Origin: an uncultured Actinomycetota bacterium | GTDB lineage: Bacteria > Actinomycetota > Actinomycetes > JACCUZ01 | Length of the DNA stretch: 64,000 nucleotides | Reading direction: 5' to 3' | NCBI GenBank assembly: GCA_963789855.1 | Contig: CAWBMM010000008.1 | Location: 78,005 to 142,004, forward strand | Part shown: piece after piece, positions 22,293 through 31,728 of the stretch | Layout: every line of letters starts with the position of its first letter | Position numbering within the stretch: the stretch's first letter is position 1 | Position numbers and translations under genes: made by a program | Notes under the pieces: generated by a model | The model's database searches: none | What the model saw: the letters and a program-made list of their open reading frames with translations, nothing else | What the model was told of the DNA's origin: nothing

Positions 22293-22377
22293 GGGGCTCC
22301 GCGCGTGCCGGTGCGGGCGGTGCACCGGTCAGGAGGTCAGCAGCTCGCCGGACGATGACGCCTGCGGCGCGGCGCGG

Positions 22378-22698
22378 TCAGGCGCCCGGCGGTCGGTAGT
22401 CGACGCCCAGCGCGAGGGCGGCGTCCACCTCCTCGGGGGTGAGCAGCTTCGTGGTGCGGGTCGTCGCCCCGCCGGCGGAGCTGACGGCGAAGGCCACCGC
22501 CGCGGCCGCCTTGTCGTCGGGCATCTCCGCGAGCACGAAGACGTCGGTGTCACCGAACGCGAAGTGGAACGACTCCAGCGAGCCACCCATCCCCTCGACC
22601 ATGGTCCGGATGGCGTCCACCCGCGAGGCGGCACCCTTGGCGCGCACGCCTTCGAGACCCTTGAGCGTGTAGTTGGCGGCGATCAGGTACTTCGACAT
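22378..22698 (-). CDS. GYD-domain protein
   Basis: ATG 22698 is preceded by AAGGAGG. The ORF reads MSKYLIAANYTLKGLEGVRAKGAASRVDAIRTMVEGMGGSLESFHFAFGDTDVFV. Confidence 0.7.
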   Translation of the reverse strand: MSKYLIAANYTLKGLEGVRAKGAASRVDAIRTMVEGMGGSLESFHFAFGDTDVFVLAEMPDDKAAAAVAFAVSSAGGATTRTTKLLTPEEVDAALALGVDYRPPGA

Positions 22699-22883
22699 CG
22701 TGCGGCCTCCTTGGGGTTCGGCGTCCTCGGCCGTCACGCTAGGGCCGGTCGGGCGGGCACTCAATGGCCCGTTGTGATGGGCAGCCCGCTGCCGTGGCCC
22801 GACTCGGTCCGCCACCCGCGCCACGTGCCTCGGCACGCACCGAAATGCACGGACTTGGCGGGCGATTGCCCCAGAATCGTTTC

Positions 22884-23120
22884 ATGCACAACCTCTTGGC
22901 GGAGCTGATGGCGATGGTGCCGCCGGACGGCTCGCCGTGGCCGCAGCCGGCGCGCCACCGATGGGTGGCCGCCATGGGCGCGGTGCTCGACGTGCTCTAC
23001 GAGGACGGCCCGCTCGCGCCGGCCGGGGCGTCGTCGGTGCTCGACCTCCGGCCGCCGGGCCAGGACGTCGGCGGCGGCCCACGGGGCCGGCACGCCCGGC
23101 CCGGCTCGACCGGCGACTGA
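22884..23120 (+). CDS. Hypothetical small protein (78 aa)
   Basis: This is an ORF from ATG 22884 with no recognisable motif. It is called only because it fills an otherwise empty gap. Confidence 0.3.
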   Translation: MHNLLAELMAMVPPDGSPWPQPARHRWVAAMGAVLDVLYEDGPLAPAGASSVLDLRPPGQDVGGGPRGRHARPGSTGD

Positions 23121-23138
23121 CCGGTCGGTAGGTCCGGG

Positions 23139-23543
23139 TCAGCGCTCCGGGTCGACGACCTCGCCCGGGATGGTCCGCGGGCGGCCCGCCAGGGCAGCGT
23201 CGGCCTCGGTCGCGGTGAGCCAGGCGTCCACGCTCCGGACCAGGCCGGTGACGGCCAGAGCCGCCACCGCGAGGTCGTCGGCGAGCCCGAAGGGCCCGAG
23301 GATCAGCTCCGGGATGACGTCGACCGGCGACACGACGTACACCAGCGCCGCGACGTACCCCGTCAGCTGCAGCTTGCCGACGCCCTGCCACCGCCCGGAG
23401 AGCACCGCGCCGAACATCGCGGGCAGCGCGCGCAGCCGGGCCGGCCAGCTGTGTCCGCGCGGGGCGCTCGCCGCCGCGGCGGCCAGGGTGGCGCCGCCCT
23501 GTCGCATGCTGCGTCGTCGGGAGCGTCGTGTCATGGTGCCCAT
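23139..23543 (-). CDS. DUF1232/YkvA-family membrane protein
   Basis: The signature YVVSPVDVIPELILGPFGLADDLAVAALAV is present. Confidence 0.65.
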   Translation of the reverse strand: MGTMTRRSRRRSMRQGGATLAAAAASAPRGHSWPARLRALPAMFGAVLSGRWQGVGKLQLTGYVAALVYVVSPVDVIPELILGPFGLADDLAVAALAVTGLVRSVDAWLTATEADAALAGRPRTIPGEVVDPER

Positions 23544-23575
23544 TCTGCCTCGCCCGGCAGCTACGGTTTCCCGGC

Positions 23576-24436
23576 ATGGGAATGCTGAGCAGCGTCGGCG
23601 TGGTGCTGCACCCGTCGCGTGCTCCCCAGCGGGCCATCACGACCTTGATGGACTGGGCCACCGGGCAGCGGCTGCCGGTCTACGGCCTCGAGCAGGAGGT
23701 GGGCCGCCTCGACTGCGCGGCCGTCCCGGTCCGCGACCACGAGCTCGCGGTGAAGTCGTCCCTGCTCGTCTCGCTCGGCGGCGACGGGACGATGCTGCGG
23801 ACGCTGCGGCTGGCGCACGCCGCCGGCACACCGGTGCTCGGCGTCAACAACGGCCGGCTCGGCTTCCTCGCCGAGGTCGACCTCGACGACCTCCCGGGCG
23901 CGCTGTCCGACATCGACGCGCACGCCTTCACCCTGGAGCCCCGGTCCAGCGTCACGTGCGACCGGCTCGGCGGGGCGGCGGTGGCCTACAACGACATCGC
24001 CCTGGTGCGGGTGCCCGGGGACGGCGTGGCGGCCGTCGAGGTCGTCGTCGACGGGGAGCCGTTCGTCCGCTACTCGGCGGACGCCGTCGTGGTGGCGACG
24101 GCGACGGGGTCGACCGCCTACGCCTACTCGGCCGGTGGTCCGATCGTGTCGCCGATCGTGCAAGGCCTGCTCGTGGTCCCCGCGGCTCCGCACTCGACGT
24201 TCAACCGGGCGTTGATGCTGCACGAGGACGAGCAGCTGCGCCTGCGGGTCCTCGAGCACAGCGGGACGCTGGCGGTCGAGGTGGACGGGAACGTCGTGGC
24301 CCGGGTGCGCGCCGGGGACGAGCTGACCTTCCGGGTCCACCCGACGTCCGGGCGGGTGGTGCGCCTCGGTCGGACCACCTTCTACGAGCGGGCCCGGCGC
24401 AAGCTGCGGGTCTCCGGCAGCGCCGAGGCGGACTGA
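23576..24436 (+). CDS. nadK: NAD(+) kinase
   Basis: It has VSLGGDGTMLRT, VNNGRLGFLAEVD and ATGSTAYAYSAGGPIVSP. ATG 23576 is the preferred start within ORF 23528..24436. Confidence 0.85.
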   Translation: MGMLSSVGVVLHPSRAPQRAITTLMDWATGQRLPVYGLEQEVGRLDCAAVPVRDHELAVKSSLLVSLGGDGTMLRTLRLAHAAGTPVLGVNNGRLGFLAEVDLDDLPGALSDIDAHAFTLEPRSSVTCDRLGGAAVAYNDIALVRVPGDGVAAVEVVVDGEPFVRYSADAVVVATATGSTAYAYSAGGPIVSPIVQGLLVVPAAPHSTFNRALMLHEDEQLRLRVLEHSGTLAVEVDGNVVARVRAGDELTFRVHPTSGRVVRLGRTTFYERARRKLRVSGSAEAD

Positions 24437-24575
24437 CCGGCAACGCTCGTGCGGCGGGCGTGAACTGACCACGTGGGCGGCCGTCAGCGGGTTACGCTGC
24501 GGCCCGAAGCCACCGCAGATCCGCTCCACACCACGGCACGGTGACCGTCGGGTGGTCGCTCGAAGGCCGACAAAC

Positions 24576-26234
24576 ATGACGAAACCGACGATCCTGACGG
24601 TCGACGACGACCCGATGGTCTCGCAGGCGATCACCCGTGACCTGCGGAGCAGGTACGGCGCGGACTACCGCATCGTCCGGGCCGCATCCGGCGCCGACGG
24701 GCTCGCGGTGCTGGCCGAGCTGGCCCTGCGCAACCAGCCGGTGGCGCTGGTCGCCACCGACCAGCGGATGCCGGACATGACGGGCATCGAGATGCTCGCG
24801 CAGGCGCGCAGCAACCTGCCCGATGCCAAGTTCCTGCTCCTCACGGCGTACGCCGACACCGACGTCGCGATCCGGGCGATCAACGACATCGGCCTCGACT
24901 ACTACCTGCTCAAGCCGTGGGACCCACCCGACGACCGGCTCTACCCCGTCATCGACGACCTGCTCGGCGACTGGCAGCGGGCGCACCCGGCCGACAGCTC
25001 GGACGTCCGGGTGGTCGGGCACCGCTGGTCGGAACGCAGCCACGAGGTCAAGACCTTCCTCGCGCGCAACCACGTGCCGTACCGCTGGCTCGACATCGAG
25101 CGCGACGAGGAGGCGCGTCAGCTCCAGCAGCTCGCGCACGCCGAGCTCGACGACCTGCCCCTCGTGCTCGTCCCTGACGGGGAGCCGCTCCGGTCGCCGT
25201 CGACCCTCGACCTGGCAGGTGCCCTCGGCCTGCGGACCCACGCCCAGCAGCCGCTGTACGACCTGTGCATCGTGGGCGGCGGTCCGGCCGGCCTGGCGGC
25301 CGCGGTCTACGCGGCGTCCGAGGGGCTGCGCACCGTCGTGGTGGAGCGGGAGGCGCCGGGCGGTCAAGCCGGCCAGAGCGCGTCCATCGAGAACTACCTC
25401 GGGTTCCCGAAGGGGCTGTCGGGGGCCGACCTCACGCACCGGGCGGTCGCCCAGGCCGCCCGGTTCGGCGCGGAGATGGTGCTGGCGCGCGACGTCGTGG
25501 CGTTCGAGAGCCGGGGACCGGTGCGGGCGGTGCGCTTCGGCGACGGGGAGGCGCTGGAGGCGCGTGCCCTGCTCGTCGCCACCGGCGTGTCCTACCGGCG
25601 GCTCGGGGTGCCCGGGCTCGAGGAGTTCTCGGGCCGCGGCCTGTACTACGGGGCGACCGCCAGTGAGGCGATCCAGTGCGAGGGCGACGACGTGTACGTC
25701 GTGGGCGCCGCGAACTCGGCCGGGCAGGCGGCACTGAACCTGGCCCGCTACGCGAAACGCGTGGTGCTCATCGTGCGCGGCGGCTCGCTCGAGGACACCA
25801 TGTCGCTCTACCTCGTCGACCGCATCCAGGCGGCGCAGAACGTCGAGGTGCGGCTGCGCAGCGAGGTGCAGGCGGCGCGCGGCGACGGCCACCTGGAGCG
25901 GCTCACGGTGGCCGACCGCGACACCGGTACCGAGGAGGAGGTGGTGACGAGCTGGCTGTTCGTGTTCATCGGTGCGTCACCACGCACCGACTGGCTCGGG
26001 TCCGAGGTGGTCCGCGACGACAAGGGCTTCGTCGTCACCGGCCAGGACCTGCTGGCCCCCTGGTACGCCGAGTCGTGGCCGCTGAGCCGGCCGCCGTACG
26101 CGCTGGAGACCAGCGTCCCGGGGGTCTTCGCGGCCGGCGACGTGCGGCTGGACTCGATGAAGCGGGTGGCGTCGGCCGTGGGCGAAGGCGCCATGTCCGT
26201 CTACCTGGTGCACCGCTACCTGGCCACGATGTGA
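24576..26234 (+). CDS. Fusion of a response-regulator receiver, a glutaredoxin-like domain and a thioredoxin-reductase-like flavoprotein
   Basis: The receiver reads ILTVDDDP...LVATDQRMPDMTG...LLTAYAD. The middle Grx-fold-like domain is VRVVGHRWSERSHEVKTFLARNHVPYRWLDIE. FAD/NAD folds are present (DLCIVGGGPAGLAAAVYAA, VYVVGAANSAGQAA, PGVFAAGDV). Where TrxR has CATC, this protein has GATA. Confidence 0.85.
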   Translation: MTKPTILTVDDDPMVSQAITRDLRSRYGADYRIVRAASGADGLAVLAELALRNQPVALVATDQRMPDMTGIEMLAQARSNLPDAKFLLLTAYADTDVAIRAINDIGLDYYLLKPWDPPDDRLYPVIDDLLGDWQRAHPADSSDVRVVGHRWSERSHEVKTFLARNHVPYRWLDIERDEEARQLQQLAHAELDDLPLVLVPDGEPLRSPSTLDLAGALGLRTHAQQPLYDLCIVGGGPAGLAAAVYAASEGLRTVVVEREAPGGQAGQSASIENYLGFPKGLSGADLTHRAVAQAARFGAEMVLARDVVAFESRGPVRAVRFGDGEALEARALLVATGVSYRRLGVPGLEEFSGRGLYYGATASEAIQCEGDDVYVVGAANSAGQAALNLARYAKRVVLIVRGGSLEDTMSLYLVDRIQAAQNVEVRLRSEVQAARGDGHLERLTVADRDTGTEEEVVTSWLFVFIGASPRTDWLGSEVVRDDKGFVVTGQDLLAPWYAESWPLSRPPYALETSVPGVFAAGDVRLDSMKRVASAVGEGAMSVYLVHRYLATM

Positions 26235-27622
26235 CGACCCTCGACGAGCTGCGCCCGCTCGAGCTGTTCGCCGGGCTCGGTGACAAGGAGCTGGCGGAGC
26301 TGCTCGCCTGGGGCACCGAGGTCGAGTTCCAGCCCGGCCAGGAGCTCTTCGTCGAGGGCGAGCCGGCCGACTACTGGTGGGTCCTGCTGGCGGGCAGCAT
26401 CGACCTGGTGCGGCACGTGGGGCGGTCCGAGTCGGTGCTCGGCGCCATGGACGCACCGGGCCGGTGGGCGGGCGGGTTCCGCGCCTGGGACGACCACGGT
26501 GTCTACCTGGCGACCGGCCGGGCGTCGTCGGCCGGCCGGGTGCTGCGCGTCCCGGCGTCCGCGCTGCGTGCCTGGTCGGGCTACTGGTTCCCGTTCGGGG
26601 CGCACCTGATCGAGGGCCTGTTCCTCACCGCCCGCAACATCGAGTCGGTGTCGCGGCAGAAGGAGGCGCTGGTCGCCCTCGGCACGCTGGCGGCCGGTCT
26701 CGCCCACGAGATCAACAACCCGGCGGCGGCTGCGGCGCGCGCGGTGGACGCGCTGGGCGATGCCTGCGAGACGTTGCTCGCGTCCCTCGGGCGGCTCGCC
26801 GAGGGCTCGATCTCGGCAGCCCAGTTCGTCGCCCTCGACGCGCTGCGTCGCGAGGTCGAGCAGACGCCCGGGCCCGCGGACCCGATGGTGGTGGCCGACC
26901 GGGAGGACGCGCTGTCGACCTGGCTCGTCCGGCGCGGGGTCGACCGGGACTGGCTGGTCGCGCCCGCGCTCGCGTCCGCAGGTGTCGACGTCGCGTGGTG
27001 CGAGCGGGTCGCCGAGGTGCTCGACGGCGACGGGCTGGGGGCCGGGCTCGAGTGGGTCGCCAGCACCTACTCGGCACGCAGCCTGCTGGGCGAGGTGAAG
27101 GAGTCGACCCGTCGCATCTCCGAGCTGGTGGCGGCGGTGAAGTCCTACTCCCAGCTCGACCGCGCCGCGATGCAGCTCACCGACGTCGCCGAGGGTCTGG
27201 AGAGCACGCTCGTGATGCTGGCGCACCGGATCGGCGACGGCGTGACGGTGGTGCGCGACTACGGCGCCGACGTGCCGCGCATCGAGGCGATCGCCGGCGA
27301 GCTCAACCAGGTCTGGACGAACCTGATCGACAACGCCATCGACGCGATGGCAGGCGACGGCACGCTGCGGGTGTCGACCAGCGCTGACGGGAAGCACGTG
27401 GTGGTGGAGGTCGGGGACACCGGCAGCGGCCTGTCCCACCAGGCGCTCGACCACGCCTTCGAGCCCTTCTTCACCACCAAGGGTGTCGGCAAGGGCACCG
27501 GCCTCGGCCTGGACATCTCGCGTCGCATCATCGATCGGCACGGCGGTGAGATCGCCATCGACCCACGCCCGGGCGAGACGGTGTTCCGGGTGCGGCTGCC
27601 GATGCACCCGCCGCCGTCCTGA
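26231..27622 (+). CDS. Cyclic-nucleotide-binding-domain histidine kinase
   Basis: GTG 26231 overlaps the upstream stop (GTGA). The CAP_ED-like N-terminus reads LFAGLGDKELAELLAWGTEVEFQPGQELFVEGEPADYWWVLLAGSIDL. The H-box is LAAGLAHEINNP. The HATPase carries the N box NLIDNAIDA and the G boxes DTGSGL and GTGLGL. Confidence 0.85.
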   Translation: MTTLDELRPLELFAGLGDKELAELLAWGTEVEFQPGQELFVEGEPADYWWVLLAGSIDLVRHVGRSESVLGAMDAPGRWAGGFRAWDDHGVYLATGRASSAGRVLRVPASALRAWSGYWFPFGAHLIEGLFLTARNIESVSRQKEALVALGTLAAGLAHEINNPAAAAARAVDALGDACETLLASLGRLAEGSISAAQFVALDALRREVEQTPGPADPMVVADREDALSTWLVRRGVDRDWLVAPALASAGVDVAWCERVAEVLDGDGLGAGLEWVASTYSARSLLGEVKESTRRISELVAAVKSYSQLDRAAMQLTDVAEGLESTLVMLAHRIGDGVTVVRDYGADVPRIEAIAGELNQVWTNLIDNAIDAMAGDGTLRVSTSADGKHVVVEVGDTGSGLSHQALDHAFEPFFTTKGVGKGTGLGLDISRRIIDRHGGEIAIDPRPGETVFRVRLPMHPPPS

Positions 27623-28212
27623 TCCCGACACCCGCGAGCAGCGCCTGCCCGCCGGCGTAGGTCGCCATCACGAGACCTTCGTGCGCCGGCAGGTGCAGGC
27701 CGCCGAACCGTTCCATGGCCAGCAACGAGTCGGAGACGAGGAACAGCGTCCCGCCGGCCGCCACCGAGGTCGACCCCGAGTCCACCGCGGTGAGCGCGGT
27801 CGCGAGCAGCGCTGCGGAGTAGCCGACCACCGGCAGCCGGTCCTTGCCGGTCCGCCGCCACAGGTAGGCGTTCAGGGCGACGAACACGACGACGTAGGGC
27901 GCCGCCAGCGCGGGTCTGGCCCGGAGCAGGCCACCCCGGTGGCGGCCGCGGAGTGCCACGACCCACGCCAGGTGGCCGGCCAGGAACGACCCGAGCCCGG
28001 CCGTGAAGGCTGCGTCACCGGTGCCGAGCAGGCAGAGGTCGCCCAGCCAACCGAAGCCGAGTGCCCGCTGGGTCGGCGCGTCCCGGCCGACCATCAAGGT
28101 CGGCATGAGCAGCGGCTTGGTGACCCGCCGGGCCCGGTGCCGACCGGTCGCCGCCAGGAGGGCGTCGGCGGCAGCGACTGCGGCGTACCCGCCGGTCGTA
28201 CGACGGCTCATG
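27528..28212 (-). CDS. YhhN-family (lysoplasmalogenase-like) membrane protein
   Basis: The ORF reads VTKPLLMPTL...GDLCLL...FLAGHLAWV...LFLVSDSLLAMERF. The last ~35 codons overlap the convergent kinase gene by about 95 bp. Confidence 0.65.
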
Positions 28213-28270
28213 TCGCACCGCCAGGTCGGAGCCCAACCCGGGTGCACCACGTCGTGGTGTACTCCCAGCC

Positions 28271-28900
28271 GTGGCGAGCAACCTGCCGGCCGGCGACTTC
28301 TCCACCTGGCTGGGCGAGATCCAGCGAGCGGTCCGCGGCGACGAGCGAGTCGGCCGTGCCGTGCGGTGGATGCACCGCGTGCTGCCGGTCGTCGCAGTTC
28401 GTGCACATCGCACCCGACGAGGCCGACACCCTCGCGCACATCCCGCAGCAGCTGCTGTTCCCGGCCCCCGGGCTGCCGGCCGGTCACCTGCTGCTCGGCT
28501 ACGACGCGCGGGGGCACTGCCCGATGCTCGTCGACAACGCGTGCTCCGTCTACGAGCACCGGCCCCGGACCTGTCGCACCTACGACTGCCGGGTGTTCCC
28601 GGCCGCCGGAGTCGACGTCGACGACCCGGACCAGGCAGCGGTGGCAGACCAGGCTGGACGTTGGCAGTTCAGCTATCGCACCGCGATGGATCGCACCGAG
28701 CATGACGCCGTGCGCGCCGCCGCGCGGTTCCTGGCGGACCACCCGGAGCTGCCGGCCGGCGGTCCGCTGAACGCGACTGCCACGGCCGTGCTCGCCGTCC
28801 GGGTGCACCGGGCGTTCCTGCATCAGGATGCGGCGGGTACGAAGGTCGTGGTCGCCGACCCCGGCCCGGACGCCGTGCGAGCCGAGATGTCTCAGCGCGG
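28271..28900 (+). pseudogene. YkgJ/UPF0153-type Fe-S/zinc cluster protein (CxxCxxCC); one +1 shift near 28348, 3' end unresolved
   Basis: MASNLPAGDFSTWLGEIQRAVRGDE (ORF 28271 frame) continues as SAVPCGGCTACCRSSQFVHIAPDE...GHCPMLVDNACSVYEHRPRTCRTYDC in the next frame. No stop occurs in any forward frame until 29249, so the end coordinate is a guess. Confidence 0.55.
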
Positions 28901-28952
28901 CCGAGGGCAAGACCGCTGGAGGACGGGTGCTCGCTTGCGGCCTCGTGCTCGG

Positions 28953-29327
28953 TCAGCCGTCCTGCGGGTCCGGACCGGGGTCACGGCGGCGGGACCGGTG
29001 CCGGTCCTCGCTGTCGACGAGCCGGCGGCGCAGCCGGTCCACGAGCAGGTCGATGGCCTCGGTCAGGTGCTCGGCCTCGACCTGGACGTGCATGGGACGT
29101 CCGTTCAGGTCGAGCGACGCCTCGGCCGAGGCGCGCAACCGCCGCGCGGGGTCAGCGGCCAGCGCAAGCACGACGTGCAGTGCGAGCACCGGCTCCCGGG
29201 TGAACGACGGGACGCCGCTGATCTTCCGGACGGCGTACTCCTTGGCTGAGGCGGGGATGTCGCCTCGACCGGTCACTCGTACGGTGGGAAGGGTGACGTC
29301 TGCTGGCCTTCTTCCGGTGCCGGGCAT
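28953..29327 (-). CDS. HPF/RaiA-like ribosome-associated (hibernation) factor
   Basis: ATG 29327 is preceded by AGGAGG. The ORF reads VRVTGRGDIPASAKEYAVRKISGV...ASLDLNGRPMHVQVEAEHLTEAIDLLVDRLRRRL. Confidence 0.6.
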   Translation of the reverse strand: MPGTGRRPADVTLPTVRVTGRGDIPASAKEYAVRKISGVPSFTREPVLALHVVLALAADPARRLRASAEASLDLNGRPMHVQVEAEHLTEAIDLLVDRLRRRLVDSEDRHRSRRRDPGPDPQDG

Positions 29328-29484
29328 GTCCGAACCTCCTGTGACTGCACCTCGGACGCTAGGCGGTCGCCATCCGAGGCCGCAGAGTCCAAGGTCCTGC
29401 CCGGCGCATCGTCCGTGATCGGGACCGAAGGCCCTGTTCGGGTCCTTCGGCAGAGGCGCAGCGTGGAGCACGTGAGGAGTCACC

Positions 29485-31026
29485 ATGGGTGAGTCCGTGC
29501 GGCTGCCCGCCGGTGCGCGGGTGGACCCGGCTGCCATCCGGCACCGGCTCGACCGCAGCGTCGAGGCGCTCGGCCGGATGGTGACCGACGGGATGTTCGA
29601 CACCGTCGCCGACACCTGCGGCTTCGAGGTCGAGCTCGCGCTCTGCGACCCGCGCGGCCGGGCGCGGCAGGTCAACGACCCGGTGCTCGCCGCCATGGAC
29701 CGCCGGGACGTCGTCAGCGAGCTCTCCCAGTTCACCGTCGAGCTGAACCTGGCTCCGCGACCGGTGCGGGGCCACGTGCTGCGCGAGCTCGACGACGAGC
29801 TGTCGGCAGCGCTGCGCTCGGTCAGCTCGCTGGCGCAGGCCTGGGGTGCCCGCGCCGTCTCGATCGGGACCTTGCCCACGCTGCATGCCGAGGACCTGAC
29901 CGCCAGCCACCTCTCGTCCGACCCCCGCTACCCCATGCTGGACGACGAGATGGCTGCTGCCCGACGGCGCCTCATCCAGCTCGACATCACGGGTCGGGAG
30001 CGGCTGCGCACCACCACCGACAGCATCGCGGTGCAGTCCGCCGCGACGAGCCTGCAGGTGCACCTGCGGGTGCAGCCCGAGGAGTTCGCCCGCTACTACA
30101 ACGCGGCTCAGGCGGTGCTGCCCGCGCAGGTCGCGGTGGGCGGCAACTCGCCGTACCTGCTCGGGAAGCGGCTCTGGTCCGAGACCCGCATCGCTCTCGT
30201 CGAGCAGTCCCTCGACGTGCGCCCGGCGGGTGCCGCCGCAGCCGGCGAGCCACCGCGGGTGTGGGTCGGCGACGCCTGGGTGTCGTCGGCGGTCGACCTC
30301 CTCGCGGAGAACGTCCGCCGGTTCGCGCCGCTCCTCCCGGTGCTCGCGAGCAACGACCCGTTGGACGAGCTGGCCGCAGGGGACGTGCCGTCGTTGCACG
30401 ACCTGCGGATGCACAACGGCACGGTCTGGCGTTGGAACCGGCCGGTGTACGACGTGCAGCACGCCCACCCGCACCTGCGCATCGAGAACCGGGTGCTGCC
30501 GAGCGGTCCCACGGCCACCGACATGGCGGCCAACGCCGCCTTCTTCCTCGGGCTGGTCCGCGGCGTGGCCGACCTCCGGCGGCCGGTGTCCGACCTGATG
30601 CCCTTCGACCTCGTCCCCGTGGACCTGCGCAGCGCCGCCCGCGTCGGGCTGGCAGCTCGGCTGCACTGGCCAGGGCGCGCCGGGCGGCCGGAGGCCCGCG
30701 ACGGCGCTCGCCTGGTGCTGGACACGTTGCTCCCGTTGGCCGCCGCCGGGCTGGACGCGTGGGACGTCGCCCCGCGGGACCGCGACCGCTACCTCGGTGT
30801 CGTCGAACGACGGGTGGCACTGCAACGGACCGGGTCGCGCTGGCAGAGCAGCACCGTCGAGTGGCTGGAGGAACGGGGCAGGTCACGCGAGTCGGCCCTG
30901 CGCGAGATGCTGGCTCGGTACGTCGACAACGCCGACACCGGGGCGCCGGTGCATACCTGGCCACTCGACGGCAGCCGCTCGACGGCGAGCGCCTCGACGG
31001 CCGGACCAGGTGCTAGCCGAGCATGA
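29485..31026 (+). CDS. Glutamate-cysteine ligase family 2 (carboxylate-amine ligase) protein, long form
   Basis: A GAGGAG RBS precedes the start. Motifs are GFEVELAL, SELSQFTVELNL, SLQVHLRV and GNSPYLLGKRLWSETRIAL. Confidence 0.8.
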   Translation: MGESVRLPAGARVDPAAIRHRLDRSVEALGRMVTDGMFDTVADTCGFEVELALCDPRGRARQVNDPVLAAMDRRDVVSELSQFTVELNLAPRPVRGHVLRELDDELSAALRSVSSLAQAWGARAVSIGTLPTLHAEDLTASHLSSDPRYPMLDDEMAAARRRLIQLDITGRERLRTTTDSIAVQSAATSLQVHLRVQPEEFARYYNAAQAVLPAQVAVGGNSPYLLGKRLWSETRIALVEQSLDVRPAGAAAAGEPPRVWVGDAWVSSAVDLLAENVRRFAPLLPVLASNDPLDELAAGDVPSLHDLRMHNGTVWRWNRPVYDVQHAHPHLRIENRVLPSGPTATDMAANAAFFLGLVRGVADLRRPVSDLMPFDLVPVDLRSAARVGLAARLHWPGRAGRPEARDGARLVLDTLLPLAAAGLDAWDVAPRDRDRYLGVVERRVALQRTGSRWQSSTVEWLEERGRSRESALREMLARYVDNADTGAPVHTWPLDGSRSTASASTAGPGASRA

Positions 31027-31714
31027 GGGCGAGCATGTAGGCCATCGCGACGCTCATCGCCAGCTGGCAGGCAAGTCCCGGCCCGCGGGCCAGCAGCAGC
31101 TGGGCCGAGTGCCCTGGCGCCCGGTCGAGACCGGCCGGCCGACCGGCCACGGCCACCTGCAGCTCCCTGGCCTGGACCGCCGCGACAAGGGCGAGCACGA
31201 CGAGCAGCCCGACGGCCGTCGAGCCCACCGACCAGGTGACGCCGCCGAGCAGCCCCCCGCCCGCTGCGCTGCCGGGCAGGCCGGCCATCCCGTGCATGCC
31301 GGCCATGCCTGCGTGCGGGCCGCTGCCGGTGGCGGCGCTGGCCGGGCCGGCGGAGACACCGAGCATGAACAGCATGGCCGCGCCCATGGCGAGCTGGCGG
31401 GCCGGCTGGCCGATGGAACGGGCCTGGACCAGGGCGTGCAGGGTGCCGCGTGCGAACCAGGCCGCCGGCACGAGGAGCACGGCGAAGCCGGCGGCCGCCG
31501 AACCGGCGCTCAGCGGCACCACCAGCATCGCGGCCATCGCCAGGGACATCACCAGGTGGGTCGCGTCGCCGTCGTACCGCCGGGGGACGCCGAGGTGCCG
31601 GGCCGTCACCAGACGGGCGACGTGGTAGAGCGCGGACCCGGCCATCAGGGCCGCCAACGGCCAGCTGAGCCACACCGGTCCGGTCACGGTTGGGCAGCAT
31701 CCGCCCGCCCGCAC
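31013..31714 (-). CDS. DUF5134-like polytopic membrane protein
   Basis: It has about 6 TM segments and a conserved-looking N-terminus WLSWPLAALMAGSALYHVARLV. The start is uncertain. Confidence 0.5.
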   Translation of the reverse strand: MRAGGCCPTVTGPVWLSWPLAALMAGSALYHVARLVTARHLGVPRRYDGDATHLVMSLAMAAMLVVPLSAGSAAAGFAVLLVPAAWFARGTLHALVQARSIGQPARQLAMGAAMLFMLGVSAGPASAATGSGPHAGMAGMHGMAGLPGSAAGGGLLGGVTWSVGSTAVGLLVVLALVAAVQARELQVAVAGRPAGLDRAPGHSAQLLLARGPGLACQLAMSVAMAYMLALMLG

Positions 31715-31728
31715 CGGCTGTCAACGGT

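Noticed and set aside
29421-29450. A possible DosR/DevR box (GGGACC...GGGTCC) upstream of the HPF-like gene.
   Set aside because: The half-sites are not in the GGGAC-N-GTCCC palindromic arrangement or spacing of the mycobacterial consensus. I kept it only as a generic inverted repeat.
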